Shown here: piece after piece, positions 9,507-21,952 of the stretch
Numbering within the stretch: position 1 is the stretch's first letter
Layout: the number at the start of each line of letters is the position of its first letter
NCBI GenBank assembly: GCA_030753015.1
Contig: JASMDC010000006.1
Location: forward strand, 80,563-144,562
DNA from: Candidatus Undinarchaeales archaeon
GTDB taxonomy: Archaea > SpSt-1190 > JASMDC01
Reading direction: 5' to 3'
Length of the DNA: 64,000 nt
The notes under the pieces: generated by a model
What the model was told of the DNA's origin: nothing
What the model saw: the letters and a program-made list of their open reading frames with translations, nothing else
The model's database searches: none
Made by a program: the position numbers and the translations under genes

Positions 9507-10919
9507 CTAGGATGACACCTCGGCTTCCGCCTTCTTGGGAAGGTACTTCTCGATGAACTCCTCATCGATGCGCTTGAGCTCCGACTTCGGCAAGTCCGAG
9601 AGGAGTTCCCACGAGATGCGAAGGGTGTCCTCGATAGTCCTGTGCTCGTGCCTCCCCTGGCCGATGAACCGCTCCTCGAAGTTGTCTGCGAAGTTGAGGT
9701 ATTTCGCGTCGATGTCGCTGAGGGCGGCCTCGCCGATGACGGCCACGAGCTCGCGCATGTCCCTGCCGCGAGCGTAAGCCGAGTAGAGTTGGTTTGACAC
9801 CCCGTGGTGGTCGGCCCGCGTCTTGCCCTCGCCGATGCCCTTGGTCATGAGCCTTGAGAGGCACGGGAGGATGTCGATGGGCGGATACACACCACGTCGT
9901 ACCATGTCCCTGCTGAGGACGATCTGACCCTCCGTGATGTAGCCCGTGAGGTCGGGGATGGGATGGGTGATGTCATCCTCCGGCATGGAGAGGATAGGGA
10001 GCTGGGTGATGGATCCCTTCTTGCCGTAGATCTTGCCGGCGCGCTCGTAGAGGCTGGACAGGTCTGTGTACATGTAGCCGGGGTACCCGCGGCGTCCTGG
10101 GACCTCGTTGCGCGCAGCCGAGATCTCGCGCAGAGCCTCGCAGTAGTTCGTCATGTCGGTGAGGATGACGAGCACGTGCATCTCAAGCTCGAAGGCGAGG
10201 TACTCCGCGGCGGTTAGTGCCATGCGCGGCGTTGCGATGCGCTCGATCGCCGGATGGTCCGCCAGGTTCATGAACACCACCGAGCGCTCGATGGCTCCTG
10301 TCTTGCGGAAGTCGGTGATGAAGAAGTTCATCTCCTCGAAGGTGATCCCCATAGCGCCGAACACCACCGCGAAGTCACCCGCCCCCTCCTCCAGCACTCG
10401 CGCCTGGCGGGCGATCTGGGCGGCGAGCTCGTTGTGCGGCAGCCCTGATCCGCTGAAGATGGGAAGCTTCTGGCCCCGCACGAGCGTGTTCATGAGGTCG
10501 ATGGACGACACTCCAGTCTCGATGAAGTCGGCGGGGTACTCCCGAGCCGTGGGATTGATAGGGTTTCCGATGATGTCCATCATCTTCTCGGGCACGATGG
10601 CCGGACCCTTGTCGATGGGCTTTCCCAGGCCGCTGAACACGCGCCCAAGGATGTCGGGGGACACGGCCAGCTCAACGGACTTCCCGGTGAACTTGAGCTT
10701 GGTATCCCCGATGTTGATACCGGAGGTTCCTTCGAACACCTGGACCACGGCCGTGTTCCCGGACACCTCGAGCACCTGGCCGAGCCTCTGTTCGCCGCCA
10801 GAGAGCTCGATCTTGACGAGCTCGTTGTAGGCAACGTCACGGACGTTCTCGACGATGACGAGGGGACCGGAGATCTCCGTCACACCCATGTACTCCCGAA
10901 GCTTGCTGATGTCACTCAC
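9507..10919 (-). CDS. atpB: A/V-type ATP synthase subunit B
   Basis: [57 protein letters not shown] start at 10919 after GGAGGTGA. Confidence 0.97.
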   Translation of the reverse strand: MSDISKLREYMGVTEISGPLVIVENVRDVAYNELVKIELSGGEQRLGQVLEVSGNTAVVQVFEGTSGINIGDTKLKFTGKSVELAVSPDILGRVFSGLGKPIDKGPAIVPEKMMDIIGNPINPTAREYPADFIETGVSSIDLMNTLVRGQKLPIFSGSGLPHNELAAQIARQARVLEEGAGDFAVVFGAMGITFEEMNFFITDFRKTGAIERSVVFMNLADHPAIERIATPRMALTAAEYLAFELEMHVLVILTDMTNYCEALREISAARNEVPGRRGYPGYMYTDLSSLYERAGKIYGKKGSITQLPILSMPEDDITHPIPDLTGYITEGQIVLSRDMVRRGVYPPIDILPCLSRLMTKGIGEGKTRADHHGVSNQLYSAYARGRDMRELVAVIGEAALSDIDAKYLNFADNFEERFIGQGRHEHRTIEDTLRISWELLSDLPKSELKRIDEEFIEKYLPKKAEAEVSS

Positions 10920-12696
10920 GCTTCTCACCTCCATACTTCTCGACGAGCGCAAGCACCTGATTCTGCATCTCGTCCTCGAGATTCTTTACGTGCGCCTCTA
11001 TCTCCTCCTCCTTCACGAACTTGGTACGTGCGATGCGCTCGCGCACGGGGATGGCGAGGAGGTCAGCCAGGGGGATTCTCTCGGCCAGCACCCCGAGACC
11101 GGCGTTGTGCATCTTGAGGATAAGGCCCATGATGAGCAACTGCTTCCTTCCCGAGGTGTAGGTGTCCACTTCGTGGAAGGCGTTCTGCTGGAGGAAGTCC
11201 TCGCGGATCGACCGCGTCGTCTCGAGCAGGAACCTGTCAGAGGGCCGGAGGGCATCGGGGCCCACGAGCTTCACGATCTCCTCGAGCTCCGCCTCCTTCT
11301 GGAGGAGCTTCATAGCCTCCTTTCGCAGCCCCTTCCACTCGGCGGACACGTTGGTGCGCCACCACTCCTCGACGTCATCCAAATACAGGGAATAGCTCTG
11401 GAGCCAGTTGATGCTCGGGAAGTGCCTGCGGTCGGCAAGCTTAGCGTCCAGGGCCCAGAACACCTTTGTGATACGCAGCGTGTTCTGGGTCACCGGCTCC
11501 GAGAAGTCCCCTCCCGGCGGGGACACGGCCCCAACCACGGTGAGGGACCCCTCCCGTTCGTCGGTCCCCAGGGTGATAACCCGACCTGCACGCTCGTAGA
11601 ACGCGGCCACCTTGGATGCCAGGTAGGCGGGGTAGCCCTCCTCCCCGGGCATCTCCTCCAGCCGCCCCGATATCTCTCGGAGTGCCTCGGCCCACCGCGA
11701 CGTAGAGTCGGCCATGAGACCTACCGAATAGCCCATGTCCCGGTAGTACTCCGCTAACGTGATACCCGTGTAGATGCTGGCCTCTCTTGCAGCCACCGGC
11801 ATGTTGGACGTGTTGGCGATGAGCACGGTCCTGTCCATGAGAGGCAGACCCGACTTGGGATCCTTGAGCTCGGGGAACTCGCGGAGCACGTCGGTCATCT
11901 CATTGCCGCGTTCTCCACAGCCGATGTAGACGATGATGTCCGTGTCAGCCCATTTCGCGAGCTGGTGCTGGGTAACGGTCTTACCGCTCCCGAACGGGCC
12001 CGGAATGCAGGCAGTGCCGCCCTTGGCGATGGGGAAGAACGTGTCGAGTATACGCTGGCCGGTGATGAGCGGGATATGAGGTGCCAGCTTCTCCTTGTAC
12101 GGCCGTCCACGGCGCACGGGCCACTTCTGGAGCATGTTGACCTGCCGTTCCCCCTCGGGGGTCTTGATGACCGCCATCACGTCCTCGACGACATACTCGC
12201 CCTTCTTGGTGACGGAGGCCACGCTTCCGTCCGCGTCAGAGGGCACGAGGATCTTGTGCTCGACCAGGGCGCTCTCCTGAACGACCCCGACCACGTCGCC
12301 CGCCTTCACGGTATCGCCCTTCTTCACCCGTGGCTCGAAGACCCACGTCTTCTTCCTGTCAAGTGGATCAGCCTCCACCCCCCTGATGATGAACTCGCCG
12401 GCCTTCTCCTTGATGACCTGCAGGGGTCGCTGGATACCGTCGAAGATCGCCCCCATGAGCCCGGGGCCGAGCTCCACGGAGAGCGGCATGCCCGTGCTCA
12501 CCACGGGCTCACCGACGCTCAGACCCGAGGTCTCCTCGTAGACCTGGATGGTTGCCGCGGCACCTAAGAGGCCGATGACCTCGCCTATGAGGCCCTGTTT
12601 CCCGACCCGGACCACGTCGAACATCTTGACGCCCTTCATTTCATCGGCATCGATGACCGGTCCTGCTACCTTAACGATCTTGCCTTCTATTGCCAT
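10912..12696 (-). CDS. atpA: A/V-type ATP synthase catalytic subunit A
   Basis: GPFGSGKT P-loop, [31 protein letters not shown]; normal length with no intein. Confidence 0.98.
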   Translation of the reverse strand: MAIEGKIVKVAGPVIDADEMKGVKMFDVVRVGKQGLIGEVIGLLGAAATIQVYEETSGLSVGEPVVSTGMPLSVELGPGLMGAIFDGIQRPLQVIKEKAGEFIIRGVEADPLDRKKTWVFEPRVKKGDTVKAGDVVGVVQESALVEHKILVPSDADGSVASVTKKGEYVVEDVMAVIKTPEGERQVNMLQKWPVRRGRPYKEKLAPHIPLITGQRILDTFFPIAKGGTACIPGPFGSGKTVTQHQLAKWADTDIIVYIGCGERGNEMTDVLREFPELKDPKSGLPLMDRTVLIANTSNMPVAAREASIYTGITLAEYYRDMGYSVGLMADSTSRWAEALREISGRLEEMPGEEGYPAYLASKVAAFYERAGRVITLGTDEREGSLTVVGAVSPPGGDFSEPVTQNTLRITKVFWALDAKLADRRHFPSINWLQSYSLYLDDVEEWWRTNVSAEWKGLRKEAMKLLQKEAELEEIVKLVGPDALRPSDRFLLETTRSIREDFLQQNAFHEVDTYTSGRKQLLIMGLILKMHNAGLGVLAERIPLADLLAIPVRERIARTKFVKEEEIEAHVKNLEDEMQNQVLALVEKYGGEKRE

Positions 12697-12698
12697 TG

Positions 12699-13043
12699 CT
12701 ATCCACCTTCTTCATCCTTTGCCAGGATGTCAACACCCACCGCCCTCTTGATAAGCACCCGCACCTCATCCATTGCCGTCCCCTGGCTTCCATGCTTGTC
12801 GGGCAGGGGGAGGACCACGGGAAGGAACTGCTCCTCCGTGATGGCTTGGATGGTCTTGATGAGCTTGGGGGCAAAGAACTCTGTGATTAGGATGAGCGCC
12901 ACGTCATCGTCGCGGCGCAGTCTGAAGAGATGCTGCTCTGCCTCCTCCACGGTGTCGGCCTCGTACGCTCGGGTGACGCCTGCGAACCTGAAACCGATGA
13001 CGGTATCACGGTCCCCTATGACAGCGATCTCGTAGCTAGACAT
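12699..13043 (-). CDS. atpF: A/V-type ATP synthase subunit F
   Basis: [17 protein letters not shown]...IKRAVGVDI. Confidence 0.94.
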   Translation of the reverse strand: MSSYEIAVIGDRDTVIGFRFAGVTRAYEADTVEEAEQHLFRLRRDDDVALILITEFFAPKLIKTIQAITEEQFLPVVLPLPDKHGSQGTAMDEVRVLIKRAVGVDILAKDEEGG

Positions 13044-14226
13044 AGACATCCCTCACGACACCGTGCAGCTTCTCCTTGTCCATGTTCTCGAACTTTGCGT
13101 GGAAGATCATTTTGAGTATGACAGCTTCTCGCTCCATCATGAGCGCGTATGTGATGATGGGATCGGGTGAGAGGGTCCGAGAGAGCGTGCGCTCCCTGGC
13201 CCCTTGCAGGAGGGCATTGTCGCACGCCCGTTCGAAGGCGGAGACTGAGAGGTCACCCTTGCACGTTGAGGCGGCCTTGCTCGCTAGCTTGACGATATCC
13301 GGCTCGGAAAAGGCAGCACTTATCGCATCAGGGTGCTCCCCGAGCAGGTCGTGGAATCGCTCCACATGGATCGTGCCGCTCGGCATGAAGGCCTCCTTCG
13401 GGAGATCCTCCTGATGGTGGAGGTGTGCACGGACAAGTGTCTTGAGGTTCTGCACGTCCACAAGGCTCTTGAGGATGTTCCGGGCCAGGTCCGCTCGCCT
13501 CCCCATGCTCTCGGACAGCTTCGTGTTAAGGAGGGCGAAGAATGCCGTGTCCAAGGCATACGCCACATGCTGGGGATCGATCTCCACCTCTTTATCGCTC
13601 CCCCCGTGGCGGATGATGTACGGAGCGTATGTGGATAGGGGCCCCTCCTGGTCTGTCCCCGTTTTCTTGGCTGTAGTGATCGCCCCGAACGTCCTTTCCA
13701 GGCACGCCGCGTACCCTGTATCGCCCACCAACCCGGGAAGCGCGTCAAGCTCTTCGGCCTTGGCCATTGTCGCCAGCGACTCCTCAGAAAGGGTGCCTGC
13801 ATAGGAGAGCGTCCGCTCGATATGGTCGGGTGGACGCCCCTGCAGCTTGCCGCGCACGACGGCGTGAAGATTGTGTAGGTCGTGGCGCGCCTGGAGGACG
13901 TCGACGAGCACGCGGTCCTCCTCCGGGAGGAGGGAACGCACCAAGACGTACGTGCGCAGGAGCGTCTTGTCAGCAGCGAGGTCGAAGTCGCGCCACTCAC
14001 GCACTTGCCTCAGGTCCTGGCTATAGCTCGAGTCGCCAAGGGCCTTGAGCACCTCAAGGTGCGTTGACGTCTCTACCAACTCATCGATCCTGGCCTTCCG
14101 GAGGAGCCGGTTCTCAAGGGCTCGCACCCTCCCGAGGCCGTACGCGTACTTAGAATCCTCCATACCGTTGAGGCCCAGGTAGGTGAGGACGGCGCCGGAC
14201 CCGAAGATGAAGGATTCAAGGAGCAT
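13036..14226 (-). CDS. atpC: A/V-type ATP synthase subunit C
   Basis: YAYGLGRVRALENRLL, DLHNL...RGK, DVQNLKTLVR; positioned between E and F. Confidence 0.88.
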   Translation of the reverse strand: MLLESFIFGSGAVLTYLGLNGMEDSKYAYGLGRVRALENRLLRKARIDELVETSTHLEVLKALGDSSYSQDLRQVREWRDFDLAADKTLLRTYVLVRSLLPEEDRVLVDVLQARHDLHNLHAVVRGKLQGRPPDHIERTLSYAGTLSEESLATMAKAEELDALPGLVGDTGYAACLERTFGAITTAKKTGTDQEGPLSTYAPYIIRHGGSDKEVEIDPQHVAYALDTAFFALLNTKLSESMGRRADLARNILKSLVDVQNLKTLVRAHLHHQEDLPKEAFMPSGTIHVERFHDLLGEHPDAISAAFSEPDIVKLASKAASTCKGDLSVSAFERACDNALLQGARERTLSRTLSPDPIITYALMMEREAVILKMIFHAKFENMDKEKLHGVVRDVYV

Positions 14227-14236
14227 TCACGATCAC

Positions 14237-14839
14237 CTACGAGAACAGCTCTTTTGCGATCTTTGACCTCAACCCGTCCATGCGAAGCTCGAGCAACGCA
14301 TCAAAGGACGCATTCACCTCGATCTCACCGCACCGGAGCACGATCCCGCCGATGATGGCTCGGCCCTCACGCGAGAGGGTGAGGTGCTTCGTCCCAAGGT
14401 CGTTCTCGACCTGCTTCAGATCATTATCTGAGAGCACGCCGTTCTTCCTGTCCCGTTCAGGGAGGATGACCTCGATATCGGGGCCCGGGAGGTCTTCTGC
14501 TCCCTTCCTAATCCACGAGAGCAGGAGACCTTTGTACTCCTTCCCCCTCGTGAACGCCTCGAGGTTCTCATGAACCCGCTCAATGGTCTCGAGGATGAGC
14601 TTATCCTTGGCCCTGAGCAGGTTGCGCTTGGGCTCCATCGTGCCCACGGCGAGGATCTTCTGTTGCTCGATCCTGGCCTCGCGCTCGGCCTCCCGCATGA
14701 TCCCCTCCCTTATATGCTCACCATCCGCCCTGGCACGGGCCAGGATATCGTCTGCCCTCGCCCGCGCCTGGGAGAGCTCCCGCTCAACATCCTTCTCCGC
14801 GTCAGCGAGGATCTTGCTACCTATCTCCTCTAAACCCAC
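14237..14839 (-). CDS. atpE: A/V-type ATP synthase subunit E
   Basis: GTG start after AGGTGAT; MGLEEIGSKILADA coiled coil; IIGGIVL...VNASFD. Confidence 0.9.
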   Translation of the reverse strand: MGLEEIGSKILADAEKDVERELSQARARADDILARARADGEHIREGIMREAEREARIEQQKILAVGTMEPKRNLLRAKDKLILETIERVHENLEAFTRGKEYKGLLLSWIRKGAEDLPGPDIEVILPERDRKNGVLSDNDLKQVENDLGTKHLTLSREGRAIIGGIVLRCGEIEVNASFDALLELRMDGLRSKIAKELFS

Positions 14840-14864
14840 TGTGAGATCACCTTCTCTGCCCGTA

Positions 14865-15344
<480 letters not shown>

Positions 15345-15356
15345 TTATACACCTCT

Positions 15357-17402
15357 TTAAGCATTCAAACCACTCCCTTGGTTAATTCTGAGGTATTGAA
15401 CCTCTTTCTTGAATGGGGAGAACCTGCGCCCTCCCCCCTCTAGGAACTTACCGAACCATTCAACGTAGTGAAGCCTCGCCGTGTGGATGAATCCCGAGAG
15501 GGCGCTGAGGATCACATTCACCAGGTGGCCGAAGATGAAGAGAGGGATGGCCACGATGAGACCCAGCGCTCCGAAAGAGGTCACTACCATCACGGAGAGT
15601 GAGTCCACCACGTTGGCGATGACCGCCGAAGCCAGCCCTAGGGCGAGGATCCTTGTGTACGACAGGACGTCCCCCAGGTACCCAACGAGGCCATAGAGAC
15701 CAATCAGGCCCACACCAAGCCGTTGGATGGGATTCTTGAAATTCCTACCGAAGAAGAGGACGACGATGATGACGCCCAAGCCGATGAGGGTCTTGGACAC
15801 AATCAGGTACTCCTTGCCGATGGTGCCCGCGTCGATGAGAGCGTAGGCAACGATCCCTGTGAGGAGCATGAGCCATGGAAGGTCGTCCATGAGCGCGTCG
15901 GGCCACCTCCCCATCCGGATGTTCTTGTAGGCTGCGAACAGGATACCGGACATGAGGTGGATGATTCCAAAAGCGATGGTGAGGTACAGGAACTTCATGG
16001 GTTCAGCGAGGGGATCGAAGAGGGAGAAGCGCGAGAGGATGGGTATGTACAGGCTCGGGTACTCCTTGGGACTCGTGAAGATGTTCCCCAGCCAGCTCCC
16101 TCCCACGAGAGCGCCGGCCACGATGCCGAAGAAACCGCCGGCCATGAGGACATACATGAGCTTTCGTGCAGCCCCGGTGAGCCCCTTGATGAAGATGAAG
16201 TATGAGGAGAGGAGGATGAGGATGATGCCATAGCCTGCGTCCGTGAGGCAGAAGCCGAAGAAGACGGCAAAGAATGGCATGATGAGGGGGGTGGGGTCCA
16301 CCTCCCGATAGGAGGGGAGCCCGTACAGCTCCTGCACAAGCTCGAAGGGCGAGACCCGATCATCGTTATCCAGGATCACAGGGACGCTGTCCTCCGGGTC
16401 GGGATCAACCGCCTTCACCTCAACCTTCCCATCCGCGACCTCGTCGAGCACAGTCCGAATCCTCGGGACATCATCAGCCTTCGCCCACCCCGTGATGACA
16501 AAGAGGTTCGTGCTTTGTGCAAGGTTCCGCTCGACATCAAGGCCCTGTTTCTGGAGGGACAGGGCGTCGAAGAGCATCTGGAGCTTCGGCTTGGACGACG
16601 CGACCCTTTCAAGGAACGAACCCTCCGCCTTCTTGATGTTATCCTTCAGGTCCCGGATCTCTGTGCCCAGCCGTTCAGCGACCTCGGAAGGGGTGCCCTT
16701 TGCGTGGGGGAGGCGTGCTTCCTTGGCGAAGCGGTTGAGCACATCCCTGGCCTGCTCGTCGGCCGACTTGTGATACACTACCAAGAAGAGTCTTTCCGCT
16801 CCCTTTGTGCCAAGGTCCTCCGTGTGAACCGCCCCCCCTGTCTCCTCTGCTACGGTCCGAAGACCCTGGTGGAGGGGTTCTACGTTGTTCTGGAGGCATG
16901 TTATCAGGAGCACCCGTGTATGGGGTGTGTCCGTGAGGTGGTCAAGCCGGAGCTGGAGGGCCTCGAAGCCCTTGAGCTGTTCGAGCATCTGCTCTCTGCG
17001 GCCGATCTCCTCTCGAAGGTACGAGAGCCTGCCCTCAACCTCCCGTGCCTCGACCTCGGCAGCGGCGATGATGTTCTCCCCTGACGGGACCACTTGAGCG
17101 AACTCGTCTTGATCGACGTCGAGGAACGTCTTGATACCGATGAGCGAGTCGATGAACGGCGTCTGAGCAGGAGGCTCGTATCGCTTGAACAGGCCGAGGA
17201 GGCTTCTCACCCTGGAGAGCTTGGTCTCGACATCGTCCGCTTCCTCTGGGATGACACCAAAGGAGATGTGCTCGCTCTCCTCGTCGTCGGTGCTGCGGAT
17301 AGCCTCGACGTGAAGCAGGCCGAGATCGTGGAGTGCCGAGATGATCGGCTCCTTGACCTCTCTAACCGAGAGGATGGTGAGCTTCTTGATTAGGGTGATC
17401 AT
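15357..17402 (-). CDS. atpI: A/V-type ATP synthase subunit I (a)
   Basis: YGLPSYREVDPTP, DAGYG, LSYTRILALGLA (essential Arg), RLHYVEWFGKF. Confidence 0.96.
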   Translation of the reverse strand: MITLIKKLTILSVREVKEPIISALHDLGLLHVEAIRSTDDEESEHISFGVIPEEADDVETKLSRVRSLLGLFKRYEPPAQTPFIDSLIGIKTFLDVDQDEFAQVVPSGENIIAAAEVEAREVEGRLSYLREEIGRREQMLEQLKGFEALQLRLDHLTDTPHTRVLLITCLQNNVEPLHQGLRTVAEETGGAVHTEDLGTKGAERLFLVVYHKSADEQARDVLNRFAKEARLPHAKGTPSEVAERLGTEIRDLKDNIKKAEGSFLERVASSKPKLQMLFDALSLQKQGLDVERNLAQSTNLFVITGWAKADDVPRIRTVLDEVADGKVEVKAVDPDPEDSVPVILDNDDRVSPFELVQELYGLPSYREVDPTPLIMPFFAVFFGFCLTDAGYGIILILLSSYFIFIKGLTGAARKLMYVLMAGGFFGIVAGALVGGSWLGNIFTSPKEYPSLYIPILSRFSLFDPLAEPMKFLYLTIAFGIIHLMSGILFAAYKNIRMGRWPDALMDDLPWLMLLTGIVAYALIDAGTIGKEYLIVSKTLIGLGVIIVVLFFGRNFKNPIQRLGVGLIGLYGLVGYLGDVLSYTRILALGLASAVIANVVDSLSVMVVTSFGALGLIVAIPLFIFGHLVNVILSALSGFIHTARLHYVEWFGKFLEGGGRRFSPFKKEVQYLRINQGSGLNA

Positions 17403-17417
17403 GGTCTACCCATTCCT

Positions 17418-17747
17418 CTAGAAACGTCGTTCTTCAGTATCGAGAATCCCCTCTGCAATCTCTTTGGCCACAGCGTCGATGCGCACCGACGCCTTCTTCT
17501 GGAGGGCCTTCACTGCGGTCTTGCCCTTGCTGAGCGCAACCTTCTGCTTGGCCAGGGCATCCTCTTTCAGAGTGCTCAGGAGCTCACCGGCCTCCTTCTC
17601 CGCGTCCCGCTTGGCCTTCTCGAGAATATGTGTGGACTCCTTCTCGGTAGCCGCGACGATGTCCCTGGCCTGGGAGGTTCCGTCATCAACGGTCTTTTTC
17701 GCCTTGGTCTCGATCTCACGAACCACACCGAGAATGTCCTTGGTCAA
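17418..17747 (-). CDS. A/V-type ATP synthase subunit H (peripheral stalk)
   Basis: Charged, Ala-rich coiled coil, first gene of the operon; probable TTG start at 17747 after GGAG. Confidence 0.75.
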   Translation of the reverse strand: MTKDILGVVREIETKAKKTVDDGTSQARDIVAATEKESTHILEKAKRDAEKEAGELLSTLKEDALAKQKVALSKGKTAVKALQKKASVRIDAVAKEIAEGILDTEERRF

Positions 17748-17780
17748 GGGGGTACAACTCCAAGGGCTCCCCAGAGGAAT

Positions 17781-17792
17781 AATTTTATAACA
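17781..17792 (-). promoter_or_regulatory. Putative TATA box of the atp operon
   Basis: TTATAAAA on the minus strand about 35 nt upstream of the subunit H start. Confidence 0.55.
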
Positions 17793-17883
17793 CTTGTGGT
17801 AGCGACCCACGCACCCCCCTAGCCAGAATGAAATAGACAATCACAGCCACGTTCTGAACCGCCTCCATCAAGGCGGTAACGAG

Positions 17884-18087
17884 ATGACTTCAGAACTCCG
17901 TCCGCTCCGTTCCGAGGACAAGCACTTGAAGGCGGAGATCGTTCGACAAGCGGCTCAATTTGAGGACGAGAGAGCACAGCTCAAGGCAGAGATGGCCCAA
18001 CAGGCGGACCACTTCAAGTCGGAACTGGACCATGCTCATCAACGTCTATCCGAGGCCGAGGCGCTCATCGCCAAGCTCACCGAGTAA
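17884..18087 (+). CDS. Small coiled-coil hypothetical protein, possibly a fragment
   Basis: 67-aa ORF with heptad pattern and an internal repeat LKAEIVRQAAQF / LKAEMAQQADHF. Confidence 0.45.
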   Translation: MTSELRPLRSEDKHLKAEIVRQAAQFEDERAQLKAEMAQQADHFKSELDHAHQRLSEAEALIAKLTE

Positions 18088-18092
18088 CTATT

Positions 18093-18122
18093 GTACTTCA
18101 GGCTTACGTACTTCAGGCTTAC
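18093..18122. repeat. Perfect 15-bp tandem direct repeat (GTACTTCAGGCTTAC x2)
   Basis: Read directly at 18093-18107 and 18108-18122. Confidence 0.9.
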
Positions 18123-18333
18123 CGGGATCACGTGATGCACCTCCACTTCACGCACAACGGCTATACTATAATGGGTGTTCCGCCAGGATGAGATGAACAT
18201 ATAGATCGCTACTTGGGCGAGATTCCCCCTCATCCTGTCCGTGCTACTTTGTGCTATGGCAACACACAGGCCGCCCCCACCTACATGGTTTTAAGGCGAG
18301 GGTTGTTTGAAAGGATGCTCGCGGGGCACCATC

Positions 18334-19617
18334 ATGGCACACAAGAATGACCTGTTCACGAATGTCATCGAACAGATTGACAAGGCAAACAGAATCCTGA
18401 AACTGGAAGCCGGTATCGTAGAGATCCTCAAACAGCCCCAGCGAGAGCTCATCGTATCCCTCCCGATCAAGATGGACGATGGCCGTGTACGGGTGTTCGA
18501 GGGATTCCGTGTCCAGCATAACTACGCTCGTGGTCCCACAAAAGGTGGAATCCGTTACCACTCCGAGTTGAGCCTGGACGATGTCCGAGCGCTGGCCGCC
18601 TGGATGACATGGAAGTGCGCCGTGGTCAACATCCCCTACGGTGGCGCCATGGGCGGGGTGATCTGCGATCCTAGTACCATGACATCTAGGGAGCTCGAGC
18701 GCCTCACGCGGCGGTACGCCTATATGATCCTTCCCCTCATCGGTCCAGAGAAGGACATCCCCGCTCCCGACGTATCGACGAACGCTCAGACCATGGCATG
18801 GTTCATGGACACGTTCTCCATGTTCCAGGGCTACTCCGTACCGGGAGTCGTGACTGGCAAACCGGTTTCTTTGGGCGGCTCGAAGGGGCGAACCGAGTCC
18901 ACGGGCAACGGACTGATGTTCGTCGCCCGAGAGGCACTCAAGCATAAGGGGATATCCATGGATAGCGCATCCTGTGCCGTCCAGGGATTCGGGAACGTGG
19001 GCAGCCACGCCGCTCTGTTCATGCACCAGAAGGGATCGAAGGTAGTGGCAATCTCCGACCTGTCGGGCGGTATCTTCAATCCCGATGGCATCGACCTACC
19101 TGCAGCCTTCGACTACGTTAAGACTGGCAAGAGTGGTCTCATCAAAGGCTTCGAGAAGCTCCAGAATGGATGCACTTTTGTGAAAGGAGCGGCCGCTGCG
19201 ACCAAGCAGCTCCTTGAATTGCCTGTGGACGTACTCATCCCCGCGGCTTTGGAACACCAAATCACTGGTGAGAATGCGGACCGTATCAAGGCCAAGGTCA
19301 TCGTAGAGGGTGCCGATGGCCCGACCACTTCCGAGGCGGATGAGATCCTGTTCAAGAAGGGCGTGTTCGTGGTGCCCGATATACTAGCCAACGCTGGCGG
19401 GGTGACAGTGTCGTATTTCGAGTGGGTGCAAGACCTTCAGGCCCACTTCTGGAGCGAGCATGAGGTCAGGGTGAAGCTGCGAGATGTCATGGTTGCGGCC
19501 TTTGAGAACGTCCTTGAACTCTCGAAGAAGCATGATGTCGATATGCGCACCGCAGCCTCCTGTATCGCCCTCAAACGTGTCGCTGACGCCATCACCATGC
19601 GCGGTATATTCCCTTGA
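18334..19617 (+). CDS. Glu/Leu/Phe/Val dehydrogenase family protein (GDH-like; catalytic GGAKGG Lys replaced by Met)
   Basis: RGPTKGGIRY, MTWKCA, GGAMGG, DIPAPDV, VQGFGNVG, EGADGPT, PDILANAGGV. ATG 18334 lies downstream of TTTTAA. Confidence 0.92.
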   Translation: MAHKNDLFTNVIEQIDKANRILKLEAGIVEILKQPQRELIVSLPIKMDDGRVRVFEGFRVQHNYARGPTKGGIRYHSELSLDDVRALAAWMTWKCAVVNIPYGGAMGGVICDPSTMTSRELERLTRRYAYMILPLIGPEKDIPAPDVSTNAQTMAWFMDTFSMFQGYSVPGVVTGKPVSLGGSKGRTESTGNGLMFVAREALKHKGISMDSASCAVQGFGNVGSHAALFMHQKGSKVVAISDLSGGIFNPDGIDLPAAFDYVKTGKSGLIKGFEKLQNGCTFVKGAAAATKQLLELPVDVLIPAALEHQITGENADRIKAKVIVEGADGPTTSEADEILFKKGVFVVPDILANAGGVTVSYFEWVQDLQAHFWSEHEVRVKLRDVMVAAFENVLELSKKHDVDMRTAASCIALKRVADAITMRGIFP

Positions 19618-19879
19618 AAAACCCTCCGTGTCAGCATACTCCGCCTTCACGAAGATTTGTGTGCAATCGGGCATCCCCTACGGAGGAACTGATTCCCCAG
19701 CAGAGGTTCTCCTGCAAAGAGGATACTCCTTTCGACTCTTGAATCCCTCCTCGCCGCTTAAGCGGGAGGGACGAAAAGTTATTGTTAAACAAATAGGGAT
19801 TATATTTAGTAAATCACTCGCGACGGGCAGACGGGTATGCGATAGCATGACGCGGGTTATGTCGTGACATACCTTCGGG

Positions 19880-19896
19880 AAGGTTTATATATTAAC
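19880..19896 (+). promoter_or_regulatory. Putative BRE/TATA promoter of gdhA
   Basis: AAGG-TTTATATATTAA about 95 nt upstream of ATG 19990, which has an AGGTGAT RBS. Confidence 0.55.
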
Positions 19897-19980
19897 TCTT
19901 AATAAGCACGCGCGGTCATGGGTCGTCATTCGTGGCCGGAGAATGGAATAGCAGACGTAGAGGGTATATGTTAAATATAG

Positions 19981-21318
<1,338 letters not shown>

Positions 21319-21333
21319 ACCAGCCCTGAGGTT

Positions 21334-21370
21334 GGGGGGTCGGCGCGGACCGGCCCCCCTTCTTCCTCTT
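21334..21370 (+). terminator. GC hairpin plus pyrimidine tract after gdhA
   Basis: GGGGGGTCGG-cgcgga-CCGGCCCCCC followed by TTCTTCCTCTT. Confidence 0.6.
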
Positions 21371-21465
21371 CGCACCGTGACGCAGGTGGGGGAAGAGCCC
21401 GCTCCATGAGAGGATATCCTTTTACATACGATGCCACGATTACGTCACGTGAGGAGGGATAACTG

Positions 21466-21951
21466 ATGAATCCCGATGAAACCGATATTGTCAAACAAGT
21501 CGAAAAGATCGTCGAGGAGCACGGCCCATACACGAAGTCCCTCATACCCATCCTGCAGGACATACAGGAGGAATACGGGTACGTGCCCGGCGTGGCGATC
21601 GCGACCATCGCCGGGCGGCTCGGCATCTCCGGGGACGTGATCTACGGTGTGACCACGTTCTACTCTCAGTTCAGGTTCAACAGCCCCGGCAGGCACCATA
21701 TCAAGGCATGCCTGGGCACTGCCTGCCACGTGCGGCGGGGATCCATGCTCCTTGAGGCAATCGAGCGTCGCCTGGGGATATCCCACGGTGAGACAACGCC
21801 GGACGGCCTCTTCAGCCTTGAGAAGGTGGCGTGCCTGGGGTGCTGCGCCCTGGCCCCGGTGATCGTGGTCGACGATCAGGTGTTCGGTACCTGCACTCCC
21901 GCGAAGGTTGATGGCATCCTGTCCCGCTACGAGGGCGAGGAGAGTGCGTGA
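21466..21951 (+). CDS. nuoE: NuoE/HydC-like [2Fe-2S] subunit (BfuC-type)
   Basis: LIPILQDIQEEYGY, GVTTFYSQF, CLGTACH, ACLGCCALAP. Confidence 0.92.
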   Translation: MNPDETDIVKQVEKIVEEHGPYTKSLIPILQDIQEEYGYVPGVAIATIAGRLGISGDVIYGVTTFYSQFRFNSPGRHHIKACLGTACHVRRGSMLLEAIERRLGISHGETTPDGLFSLEKVACLGCCALAPVIVVDDQVFGTCTPAKVDGILSRYEGEESA

Positions 21952-21952
21952 C

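Noticed and set aside
19620-19880. Hairpins and AT-rich boxes between the two gdh genes as a possible riboswitch or ncRNA
   Set aside because: Only a 7-bp stem (TCCCTCC/GGAGGGA) and promoter-like tracts; no recognisable RNA family.
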